The notes under the pieces are model-generated. The model worked only from the letters and a program-made list of their open reading frames with translations, did not search any database and was not told the origin of the DNA. The position numbers were made by a program, and so were the translations under genes. Of a stretch of DNA of 36,366 nt, positions 24,687 to 35,737 are shown piece after piece. The first letter of the stretch is position 1; every line of letters begins with the position of its first letter. The stretch comes from Octopus bimaculoides. Its lineage: Eukaryota. The stretch spans positions 142,648,858 through 142,685,223 of the forward strand of contig NC_068982.1 in NCBI RefSeq assembly GCF_001194135.2, written 5' to 3'.

Positions 24687-25096
24687 ATAAATTTCCAATT
24701 TTTTGTCGGTATAGAATGAGAATCCAAGGGTTATTAACGCCGGCTAACCTCAGTGAATGTATAAAATTCTCCACTTAGTTTGATTTACTAACCTCAGTCT
24801 ATATTCACATCGGTAAATCTGTGTGCCTCTATGGAGACTGCAAGTTTTCGGCAGAGAAACTAATGAATTTATAATAAAGAACAGAGAATTATATCCAGTT
24901 TCATTTAGCAGTTAATTTGTTCTTTTCATTTCTGCACCAATTCTCCGATGACGGAATTCTCAACTCATAGAGTCTGCAGCATTTAATATGTTTCTGAATA
25001 TTAATTTGTTTCTGCAGCAATTAATGCATACTGCAAAATTTGCGTCTTTACGTGCATTTATTATTAATTACCGCGTCTTCAAGGTCGAATCAACCA

Positions 25097-25255
25097 CGAG
25101 GGTGAGTCAAAAATTATACGCGCTCTTCTATTTTTTCAATGTATTTACACAAAAGCAGGGAATAAACAAGTAGGGCATTTTTTCTATATAGTCTCCTTCC
25201 TTTTCGATACACTTGGTCCAGCAGTCCAGAAGCTTGCATATTCTCTACAAGAAGA
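25097..25255 (-). mobile_element. 3' end of a classical mariner element (C-terminus plus TIR)
   Basis: Terminus cgagggtgagtcaaaaattata on +. The minus strand encodes RICKLLDCWTKCIEKEGDYIEK, the typical mariner C-terminal motif. Confidence 0.8.
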
Positions 25256-25682
25256 TTCACACCGTTTGCTTTTTCTACTATATGATTTACCCCTATTAAT
25301 TATTTCCTATATAATTTTATACTTTTTATTATTATCTTTTAAGGACCAAATTAGTATATTTAAGCTAGTGTAATTCCACCTTTTGCGGTCTCTAAATGAG
25401 TTATCATGATTGGCAAGTCTTCTGTGTATACATGTTTCGCAGGTGCCGATATAATAATATACCTGACCTTCTGAGCTTACCTTGTACCCGTATTCTGTTT
25501 CTTTAATTTTGCCGTTAGATTCTAAGAGACATAATCTATTTTTTGTGCAATCACATTTTTATCTGTAACACTACTTTTTATATCTTGTATTCCTACCCGA
25601 TTATTTCTGTTGTTCTTTCTATCCCTTTTATGTCCTAATTTACATACCCTTTCTTGATTTCCAATCATAGTATCGCTTTCCA

Positions 25683-26002
25683 GACGCAGTTGTGACTGTG
25701 TTGTAAGAAGCTTGCTTCCCAACCACATGGTTCTGAGTTCAGTTGCAATGTGTGACACCTTGCACATCTTCTACTATGGCAACGGGCCAAAAAAGGCTTG
25801 TGAGTGGATTTGGTAGACGGAAACTGGAAGAAACCCGTGTGCTTATGTCCCAGTAACATAGCGGTTCGGCAAAAGATTAAATAAGTACTAGACTTACAAA
25901 GAAGTAGACTTGGGGCCAATTTCTTCGACTAAAACCATTTGACGTAATGCTCCAGCATGGTCGCAGTCAAATGACTGGAAAAAAACAAAAGAATAAAAGA
26001 AT
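25683..26002 (+). mobile_element. Family A SINE lacking the internal microsatellite
   Basis: Head gtaagaagcttgcttcccaaccacatggttctgagttcag, ggaaactggaagaaacccgtgtg joined directly to cttatgtcccagtaac, tail gctccagcatggtcgcagtcaaatgactgg..aaaagaataaaagaat. Confidence 0.9.
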
Positions 26003-26516
26003 ATATTCATGTGTGCGTGTGTTTGTCTCTGTCTGTATGTATACATATGTAATATATATATATATTTATATATATATATATAGAGAGAGAGAGATAAATA
26101 GATAGACAGATACATACATACATACACAAATGATATGTATACATACATAGATACATACATATACATACATATATATATATATACATATATATTTATGGGA
26201 GCGTATGTGCGTGTTTGTATGAATGTATGTATGGAAGGATGGATGGATGGATGTATGTGTGTGTATATGCGTATACATGCATGTATGTATCAGAATGAGA
26301 GGTACTGAAAAAGTTTTTGTATACATTTTTGCATTATAAATAGAAATTACATGTGGAACAAATAAACCTTTTAGGTTTCGTTATTTTTTTCCGTTTTTGT
26401 TTCTTTTATTTTTTGGTTTTTCTGAGGTTAGGTTGAAATGAATGAACCAGGTATACGCAATCCTTGGAGAAAACAAGTCATTTTCCCCCTCGTGTTAAGA
26501 CATCATCACTAAAAAG

Positions 26517-26724
26517 ATATTGGTTTGAAATTTTGGTACGTGACCACCAAACTTCAGGGGAAGATTTAAATGGATTACAATGATTCCTGTGTTCAACTAG
26601 TACATATCTGATGGACCCAGGAATGATGTAAGTCAAAATCTATCTCGACGGAATTTGAACGCAGAACGTAAAGATGGACGAAATACCGCTAAGCATGCTA
26701 ACGGTTCTGCCAGCTCGTTGCCTT
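26517..26724 (-). mobile_element. Family B SINE, cluster copy 1
   Basis: ggaatttgaacgcagaacgtaaagatggacgaaataccgctaagcat..gctaacggttctgccagctcgttgcctt is the reverse complement of the family B head. Confidence 0.8.
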
Positions 26725-26743
26725 ACACACCATTGTAAACATT

Positions 26744-26937
26744 GATTTCAAATTTTGGCACAAGGCCAGTAGCTTTAGGTAAAGGAGTTAAGACGATTAC
26801 ATATTTCTTTTATCGACACTGAAAGGATGTAAGGCAAAGCCGAGCTTGGTGGAATTTGAACTCAGAACGTAAGGATGGACAAAATGTCGCTAAGTATTTC
26901 GGCCGGCATTCTAACGATTCTGTCAGCTCACCGCCTT
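26744..26937 (-). mobile_element. Family B SINE, cluster copy 2, flanked by a 17-bp imperfect direct repeat
   Basis: Family B head and core on minus. acaccattgtaaacatt (26727-26743) and acaccattataaatatt (26938-26954) flank it. Confidence 0.85.
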
Positions 26938-26948
26938 ACACCATTATA

Positions 26949-27130
26949 AATATTCCTTTTTTTCATTATAGACACAAGGCCCGAAATTATATCGATTAGA
27001 TCAACCCCAGTGCGTAACTGGTACTTAGTTTATCGACCCCGAAACGATGAAAGGCAAAGTCAACCTCGGTGGAATTTGAACTCAAAACGTAGGGACGGGC
27101 GAAATACCACCAAGCATTTCGTCCAGCGCT
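26949..27130 (-). mobile_element. Family B SINE, cluster copy 3, 5'-truncated
   Basis: accccagtgcgtaactggtacttagtttatcgaccccgaaacgatgaaaggcaaagtcaacctcggtggaatttgaactc. Confidence 0.85.
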
Positions 27131-27281
27131 ATTTACATTTATTTGCTATGTACATGACTAAAACAGTATATTTAGAGCGAATGCAATAGGAATACAAGAA
27201 CTGGACTTGAAAATGGGTACAGGTTCTATATTTTAACGTGTCTCAACAACAAATTTAAAACGAAATGGTTTTGCTTGAAAT

Positions 27282-27500
27282 CAATATTGATTTGAAAGTT
27301 TGGCACCGAGCCAACAATTTCGGGGTAGGGTATAAATCCATTACATCGACCCCAGTGTTCAACAGCTGTTTATTTTATCGTCCCCGAGACGATGAATGGC
27401 AAAGTCGAATTGGGCGGAATTTGAACGCAGAACGTAAAGACGGACGAAATGCTGCAAAACATTTTGCCCAACGTGCTGACGATTCCGGCAGCTCACCACC
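27282..27500 (-). mobile_element. Family B SINE, cluster copy 4
   Basis: attacatcgaccccagtg..ttttatcgtccccgagacgatgaatggcaaagtcga..ggcggaatttgaacgcagaacgtaaagacggacgaaat..cagctcaccaccc. Confidence 0.85.
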
Positions 27501-28086
27501 CACTTCAAATCAATATTTTTAGGTATATGGTCAGTCGTTCCTTCTAGCTTGAGAAACAGCTAATAGCGGCTAGTGGTCTTCATTTTCAGTAATGATTTTG
27601 AAGCAATATTAGTTGTCCACTAAAAACACTGATCTCCGATAATGTATTCGGTAATGTACATTATCCTATGACTGAAACACCATTGTAAAATATTGTGTTT
27701 ATGATAATATATGGATTACAAGGTTGTCTTTCATCCAGCGGATCAACTTCATTATTAATACATTTGCTTCACTCGTGTATTTTTCTCTTGTCACATTCAC
27801 ATCTGTTACTAAGACTTGTTTTTCTAAAGCTGAAAGATTATTGTCATTCTATCGCCTGTCATAATAATACTGAGAACAAAGTTAAGAAACTTATTTCTTA
27901 TGCTATATGTAAAGATGTGCGTAGGATGTTTATCAGGAAAAGACGGTAAGAGAAATTTCCCTGTGCAAATACAGTGTTCTTATATAAACAAAAGGTTTCT
28001 TCTGAGGAAACACTTCGTATAGGCATTATTAATTATTCTGCATAATACATACATAGATACATACACACGCACGACACACAAGACAC

Positions 28087-28127
<41 letters not shown>

Positions 28128-28137
28128 NNNNNNNNNN

Positions 28138-28175
<38 letters not shown>

Positions 28176-28935
28176 TACAGAAAGCGAGAAGGAGAAAGAG
28201 TGAGAGAGCAGCTTTCATAATCGCTATGGGGCAATACCGATCATACATAATGTCACTATCGCACAGACACATCGTCTTACTTTCTCTCAATCTCTCTCTC
28301 TCTCCTTATTTCATCTTTTTATTAACAGTAAATACATTTATATGTATTCTAGACAGTGTACGAATTTTAACGAATAGTATTCCGAAGCTTTTATAAACAA
28401 CCAAAGTCTTATAATTACGTGGATTTTTTATGCCGAGAGCTACCAAGAATTTATCAATGCAAGTCCATATTTGCTGCCTTGTATTACGTATAAACAATAC
28501 CCTACCATTCTGACAACCACTCCACCACCACCGTCATCAATAAAAGCGTTTTCTCTTCCACTCTCGCCCTTCTTCTTTTCAAACATTTGGCTTCTATACT
28601 ACTCTCTGGTGATATTAACATCAGAGCTGCTTTCCTTATCTTTCTATCACCGTTAATACCCACCTTCCTTTGTCATTCTTGCTTCATTATTTCTTGTTTA
28701 ACTTTCTCAGTTTCTGGCTCTCTGAAGTTTCAAATCTTTCAAAAGTTTCACTTATCTCCTACCGCTGTCACGTTTTCGTAAATTTATTCCCTCCTGAGTA
28801 TCCTCACTTTGTCTGTCGATAGCCTGTAGTGCTAAATCTATCTCAGTCTTCTGATGTTATACACAAATACACACACACCCACACACATTTATTTCACAGG
28901 GAGACGAACAGACAGACAAAGAGACGTGTATATAT

Positions 28936-29190
28936 ATCTTTTATCTCTATCTTTTATCTTTTGCTTGTTTGAGTCATTGGTCTGATGCCATACTGGGGGA
29001 CCGCCTTAGTCGAATGAATCGATCGCAGTACATATTTTTTTAAGCCTGGTTTTTATTCTGGTACTTACAAGGCTTTGGTCGGCTCGGGGCTATACTAGAG
29101 GACACCTACTCGAGGTGCCACGCAGTGGGAATGAACCCGGAATCATGCGATTGGGATGCAAGCTTCTTACCACACAGCCACTCCCGCGCC
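28936..29190 (-). mobile_element. Family A SINE with internal deletion (no microsatellite)
   Basis: The minus strand starts ggcgcgggagtggctgtgtggtaagaagcttgcatcccaatcgcatgattccgggttcattcccactgcgtggcacc and ends in an (AAAAGAT)n-like tail. Confidence 0.85.
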
Positions 29191-29237
29191 TATATATTAT
29201 ATATAAATATATATATACAGCTAAAAGTATGTGTCTG

Positions 29238-29284
<47 letters not shown>

Positions 29285-29992
29285 GTATGTGTGTGTACTA
29301 CTCACTGATTTTAATTGATTAACTCTAGTTTCACAAGGGAAAATGTGGTTGTGACTTCGAAGTACCCGTTTACTAGCTATCATCAGTCTGAAGACTGTTT
29401 TGGCTTTCTAAGGTTACATGTAGTATTTCTGGATATCTGGATATTTCTTTCATGGATGGAGGAATATATATGAAAATTTGATGTGGAATTGGTTGGCTTG
29501 GAAACGGATACACACGTTTGTACAAGAAGGAGCGATGAAGAAGGGCATGAGGAATTTATGAGGTTATTTTGGTTCGATTAGGCATGTACATGAACCAGTG
29601 TGTTAGAAGTGAACTTGTACAAGGCTTTATGTGGAGAGAGTATCATATTCAGGACGCGATATATTTTACTTTAATATTTTTTCAATACAAAAAAGGATTC
29701 TTTTTATATAGGTTTGTGCTGCGAAATTTTAACTTCCCTATAAAATTATATATTACCAGTTTCATTTGTAACAGAGTATAGACGAGAGAGAGGTTAAGAT
29801 TGCGTTGATGTTAGAACCTATGTTAAATACGTACTAACAGGTTTATATACGTTGCCAACAGAGATTTATGCGCCCGCCTCCCATACAGTGATCATGTATA
29901 TGCAGCTATATACGTATGTATTTTGCCTGTGTCTTTGCATGCTTGTGTGTGTGTGTGTGTTTGCATGTGTGTGTGTGTACATAAATATATAA

Positions 29993-30221
29993 TTTTTCTT
30001 TTTACTTGTTTCACTCATCTGAGTGTGGCCATGCTGGAGCACCGCCTTTAGTTGAGCAAATCAACCCCAGGACTTATTCTTTGTAAGCCTAGTACTTATT
30101 ATATCAGTCCCTTTTGCCGAACCGCTAAGTTACGGGGACGTAAACACACCATCATTGGTTGTTGAGCGATGTTGGGGGTGGGAACAAAGACATACAAGCA
30201 TATACACACACATACACACAC
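29993..30221 (-). mobile_element. 3' half of a family A SINE running into a gap
   Basis: ggccatgctggagcaccgcctttagttgagcaaatcaaccccaggacttattctttgtaagcctagtacttatt..ccgctaagttacggggacgtaaacacacc. Confidence 0.9.
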
Positions 30222-30688
30222 NNNNNNNNNNNNNNNNNNNNNNNNNNNNNNNNNNNNNNNNNNNNNNNNNNNNNNNNNNNNNNNNNNNNNNNNNNNNNNN
30301 NNNNNNNNNNNNNNNNNNNNNNNNNNNNNNNNNNNNNNNNNNNNNNNNNNNNNNNNNNNNNNNNNNNNNNNNNNNNNNNNNNNNNNNNNNNNNNNNNNNN
30401 NNNNNNNNNNNNNNNNNNNNNNNNNNNNNNNNNNNNNNNNNNNNNNNNNNNNNNNNNNNNNNNNNNNNNNNNNNNNNNNNNNNNNNNNNNNNNNNNNNNN
30501 NNNNNNNNNNNNNNNNNNNNNNNNNNNNNNNNNNNNNNNNNNNNNNNNNNNNNNNNNNNNNNNTATATATATATATATATATGGGTATCTATACCTCTGT
30601 CTATACATTTTATGCATGTGTACGCTTGCGAGTGTTTGTGTTTGTCTGTGTGCGTGTATGTGAAAGAAAAATTTGGTCGATTTTTATT

Positions 30689-30772
30689 ATGACCAACGCA
30701 CATTTTCGTCTCGCTGATAAATTTACAGCTTTTACCACAAATATTACACAAATATCTCTTCGCAGTTAAATG
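30689..30772 (-). pseudogene. Possible decayed C2H2 zinc-finger unit
   Basis: HLTAKRYLCNICGKSCKFISETKMCVGH keeps the HxxxKxYxCxxCGKS spacing of a Kruppel-type linker plus finger. The second half lacks the F, L and HxxxH positions. Confidence 0.35.
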
Positions 30773-32363
30773 CAAGTTGCATTGTGTGTCAACATGTGTC
30801 ACTTCACGCCACCGATCGCGAGACAGATATCCTTTCAATGTCGAAGATTTACGAGCATTTTACATTTGTCAGTATAACCTTGAAAGGCTAAAAATGGTAT
30901 CAGCTTTACACAGTTAAACTTGAGTAAGATAGATAGTTGACAAGATTATTGATATCAAAGAGGTTTCATTTCGTTGATTCGCTTTTCAATTTTACGTTTC
31001 AACTTCAACATGCTTGACTGCATTGAAGGTATATATTTTCATGATGCTTTCTATAAGAATATTACTTTTTACCGATTGAATTTATGGCAGCTTTTGTATT
31101 TTAACATCTCTCGATAAGCGGGAGCCTTTTCCCGCAGCATAATTTCCTTAGACTAAATAACTTCTTAATCTTTCGCCTTCCATATGAAATACAATAGTCT
31201 GCCCGTGTCAGTCTCCTGCGTCAGTTAGCTGTTATATGTTTATTACACTTTATATCACTTCGAAACTCACTCGTATAGTCTCCCCATGATAAACAATATT
31301 CTTAAACATTATTATGGATATATATGTATTTGTGTATGTATATATGTGTGTGTGTGTAAGTGTGTGTGTCTGTGTGTATGTGTGCGCGTGTTTTAATCTA
31401 CGTAATGCACTATATAAATATATTCTATTTACGTATATTTCTGATTTTTAAGAAAGAGAAATTAGAAATATACGTTAAGATGTGCTATTCTCATTATATT
31501 GAATAACTTGCTATTGAATCTCTTGCTCTCTACTCTATCAATTCTCGGTGGTATTTTCCTCCTCTCTCTCTGAATCTATGTAGTATGTTCAATTGATACA
31601 TACGCTGACCTTTAACGATATCAACATGTTATCTAACAAAGACTTTCTATGTTTGCGTGATTTGGTCATGAAGAGGGTGTTACGTAAAATGCGAAACATG
31701 TAGTTATTGTAAGTACCATTACACATAGCAAAAAGTGGGTTATTTAAACATGAATCTTTTATATTCTTTCACAATAGATACGCAAAAATAATTACAACAT
31801 AAATTGCGTTTCGCTAATCCTAATCTGTCTTTCTTTCGCTCTTACTCTCGCTGAATTTATTGTTGTCATAAAATTCGTACTGTCAGACAAATTTTCTATC
31901 TATTATTTCTATGGCTCTTATAGATTTTGCACGCAAAAGTGACCAGCCTAGCAGCAGACAGCGTGTCTTTTCTTGCCTCCTCAGACGAAGTTGAACTGAT
32001 TCATTATAACACAAAGAAAATAGCTTTATAATATGAAGGGTGGTGACTTACACTCGACAAATACACAAGCCATTTGTAGAATTCATAAAAAAAAATTCGT
32101 GTTGTAAGTTGAATTTCTTTGATGGTTATTGGAGAAGCTCATGCTTCGGCCTTGCTGTTCGTCTTCGAGTGCTTAAAATTTCTCCCTTGAAAATTTCTCC
32201 CTTGAACATAAACAAAAAAAGCACATTTTGTTGCTGGCGACGCCCAAACACCAACTGAAGTTATCAAACTCTCTCCCATGAACTTTCCTTTCTAATTAAC
32301 ATTGCCAGTGTAAAATATCACCATGTTCGATTGACCAAATACACTAAGCCAAATACACATATA

Positions 32364-32531
32364 GGTGCAGGAGTGGCTATGTGGTGAGAAGCTTGCTTCC
32401 CAACCACATGGTTCTGGGTTCAGTTCCACTGTGGGACAACTTGGGTAAATGTCTTCTACTACAGCATCGGGCCGACCGAAGTCTTGTGAGTGGACTTCGG
32501 AGACGAAGACTGAAAGAAGCCCGTCGAATAT

Positions 32532-32608
<77 letters not shown>

Positions 32609-32802
32609 TCCCCCAACCATCGCTTGACAACAGATGATGGTATGTTTACGTCCCTGTAACTTTGGAGTTCGTCAAAGAAAACCGATAGTGTAAGTACTGG
32701 GCTTGCAAAGAATAAGTCCAGGGGTTGATTTGTTCGACTAAAGGTGGTGCTCCAGCATGGCCGCAGTCAAATGACTGAAACAAGTAAAAGAATAAAAGAA
32801 TA
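32364..32802 (+). mobile_element. Full-length family A SINE with an internal (TG)n tract
   Basis: tRNA-like head ggtgcaggagtggctatgtggtgagaagc...gggttcagttcc, central domain, (TG)n at about 32530-32604, 3' domain, tail agtaaaagaataaaagaata. Confidence 0.92.
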
Positions 32803-33214
32803 CACTGATCATTCTAATCAAGCGAAAGAGAGTTATTCATTTAATACCCTGAAGATATATAGGGTATCCAAGCAATTACATGTCTCGTGAATGTTGAAGC
32901 CTGAGATTCGGTGAAAAACTGTACCGATACATAGTATGAGTATAAAACAGTAAAAATGCATGACATGGGTAAAATATCATAGCAAGTCATGGCAGCGACA
33001 GAAAATAACAGGGATGCATGGCATGGTTGCAACTATGTCGAGAAATACCTCATGAGTAAGAAAATATAGCAATGTGCAATAGAGCTAGGGAAAAAGGTAA
33101 TCTACTCGACAGGGATAGAATATTTTACAAACGCACGCTAAGGGTAGAAAAATGTCATAATATACATGAAAAGTTGAAAGAGATAGTAATACAAAGGATG
33201 GGTAGAAAAATGTA

Positions 33215-33353
33215 GCTGACAGAATTGTTAGCACGCTGGTCGAAATGCTTAGCGGTATTTCGTCTGCCGCTACGTACTGAGATCAAATTCCGCCGAGGTT
33301 GACCTTGCCTTTCGGGTTCCCTTGTTTAGCCCCTTGTGGGTAGTAAAGAAAGA
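33215..33353 (+). mobile_element. Family B SINE with internal deletion and 11-bp TSD
   Basis: agaaaaatgta at 33204-33214 and 33354-33364 flanks gctgacagaattgttagcacgc...tttagccccttgtgggtagtaaaga. Confidence 0.85.
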
Positions 33354-34539
33354 AGAAAAATGTATGAATACATGGCATGGGTAAAAATATGTATTGTTAC
33401 AAAGCATTGATAGAAAGAGTAGAAATAAGCAGGCAGCCTGAGTATATACGAATAATAATGAATAGCATGGGCAGAAAATGTAAGTATGCATATCGGAAAT
33501 GGAAAACTTTGGTTGTTGATGGTATGGATGAAACATTGCAGCATTATACGGCAAGGAGGGTAATTATGGGGATATAGAGAAGAGTTGGATCACGAAGAAT
33601 GAAAAAGTGAAAATAAATTTTATGGACAGAAATTGTAGGAATACACGTCAGACATAAAAAAAAACTGTTGCAATACACAGCGTGAATTAAAAAAAAAACT
33701 GCTGCGATAACCGCCAGATTTTGAAGACTTTACAAACACACAACATTGATTAAAAACTGAAAAAGTACACAGGGAAGTAGAAGAAGAATTCATTACAGGA
33801 TTAGAAAACTGTGACAGTACACACCCTGGAGCATTAAATACCAGAGATCGAAGTGAAAAAAGAACAATATCGATATTTTTTTACGGAAATTATATGATCT
33901 TCATACAATACAGAAATACGTGTTTATAACTAACTCGAGGTTTAGCTGAGACGCTCAAACAACAAACTATTTGTGACGCTATATTTTGAAGATTCATCCA
34001 CTTTACTACAGTGAGTCAGAGAAATATGAGTCTTAACATTTCGAAAGTTAGTTCTTCATCAGAATAAAATCCTCTGAGGAATGAGCAAAGGTTGGAAGAG
34101 AAATTACGTGCATTTCAAGAGGAAGGGAAATAACATATAAATATTACTATTGGGACTTGAGCTTCTAGCAGTCATATATTAATTTATATTACATTTTGTA
34201 GTGACTTTAGAGTTCACATAAAAGTCTCGAGCGGAGGACGTCAAGAGATATACACCTCTTCATCGCTGTAACTTAGTAGTACTGCGACGTGTAAGCATAT
34301 TGAATTCCATACTCAATAGTGCAAAGTTAAATCATATTGGTAACGCTATGGCGAAACTGAATTATAATTCACATACATATATACACATATATATATGTAC
34401 TTACATAGCAAGAATTATGATTTTCATTTTAAATACAAATAAAAAGACGCTTTCAATTCAAGTATTCAATTATTTTTGTTGACTTAACTAATTCTTAAAA
34501 CTTGTAGCTTTATATGTATATATTTATATATATTATTTT

Positions 34540-34700
34540 GTTCTTTAAGTCGAGAAAATCGACCCCAGGACTTATTGTTCTTTGTAAGCCTAATACTTAT
34601 TTTATCGGTCTCTTTGCTAAACCGCTATGTTACAGGGACTTAAACACACCAGGATCTGTTGTCATGTGTTGCTGGAAGGGGTACAAACACTTATACACAT

Positions 34701-34705
<5 letters not shown>
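34540..34705 (-). mobile_element. Fragment of the family A SINE 3' domain
   Basis: gtcgagaaaatcgaccccaggacttattg..tttgtaagcctaatacttattttatcggtctctttgctaaaccgctatgttacagggac. Confidence 0.8.
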
Positions 34706-34735
<30 letters not shown>

Positions 34736-35340
34736 NNNNNNNNNNNNNNNNNNNNNNNNNNNNNNNNNNNNNNNNNNNNNNNNNNNNNNNNNNNNNNNNN
34801 NNNNNNNNNNNNNNNNNNNNNNNNNNNNNNNNNNNNNNNNNNNNNNNNNNNNNNNNNNNNNNNNNNNNNNNNNNNNNNNNNNNNNNNNNNNNNNNNNNNN
34901 NNNNNNNNNNNNNNNNNNNNNTGGAAAAAGTAACCGAGCTTTGACATTCTCGACGTAAAATACCTTCATTACAAAAATGCGGGAAATAGTGAACAGTAAT
35001 GTAAAGAAAGTAAGAGTAGAAAAAGGGATTAGGGGTATGGTGGGAATTTAGTTGTCTGGGAGGGCGGAGATCAGAGAGGAAATGTTGGTGAGATTTAGCA
35101 TATAAAGGAGAGTGTAAATGGCGTGAGGTGTAGGTGGTTGGCTGGGAGTGAGTGAAGTTGAGTGGAATCAGTGGCGAACAACGAAAAAGGAAAAAAGCTT
35201 ACAATGTCGGTAAAGATGGGGGGGGGGGGAACTAATGAAAAATTAGATGAAATGAATATAAAAAAAATGAGTATGTAAACAGGCAGAGAGGTAAAGGGAC
35301 AGCAGTGTTAAGAAAGGCACGTGAACATATAAAATGAAAA

Positions 35341-35575
35341 GGCGGCGAGCAAGCAGAAATTTTAGCACACCTGGTGAAATGCTTTGCGGTATTTCATTTA
35401 CCGTTACGTTCTGAGTTCAAATTCCGCCGAGGTCGACTTTGCCTTTCATCCATTCGGGGTCGATTAAATAAGACCAGTTACGCACTGGGGTCGATATAAT
35501 CGACTTAATCCGTTTGTCTGTTCTTGTTTGTCCCCTCTGTGTGTGTAGCCCCTTGTGGGTAATAGAGAAGTAAGA
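35341..35575 (+). mobile_element. Family B SINE, tail type tagccccttgtgggta (first unit of a dimer)
   Basis: ggcggcgagc...gttctgagttcaaattccgccgaggtcgactttgcctttcatcc..ctggggtcgatataatcgacttaatcc. Confidence 0.9.
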
Positions 35576-35737
35576 AACTTTAGCATGCCGAGCGAAATGC
35601 TTAGCAGTTATGAGATCAAGTTCAGTCGAGGTCGACTTTGCCTTTCATCCTTTCGGGGTCGATAAATTAAGTACCAGTTGCATACTGAGGTCGATCTATC
35701 CAAACTTTCGGGCTTTGTGCCTAGAGTAGAAAAGAAT
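35576..35737 (+). mobile_element. Family B SINE, tail type gtgcctagagtagaaaagaat (second unit of a dimer)
   Basis: aaactttagcatgccgagcgaaatgcttagc..gaggtcgactttgcctttcatcctttcggggtcgataaattaagtaccagt. Confidence 0.85.

Noticed and set aside
26517-27500. CRISPR-like or satellite array
   Set aside because: The units are ~200-bp divergent SINE copies, not short identical repeats with unique spacers, and the DNA is eukaryotic.
32364-32430. tRNA genes at SINE heads (also 16125, 29120-29190, 35341)
   Set aside because: They have A/B-box-like motifs but no complete cloverleaf, and they continue into SINE bodies.
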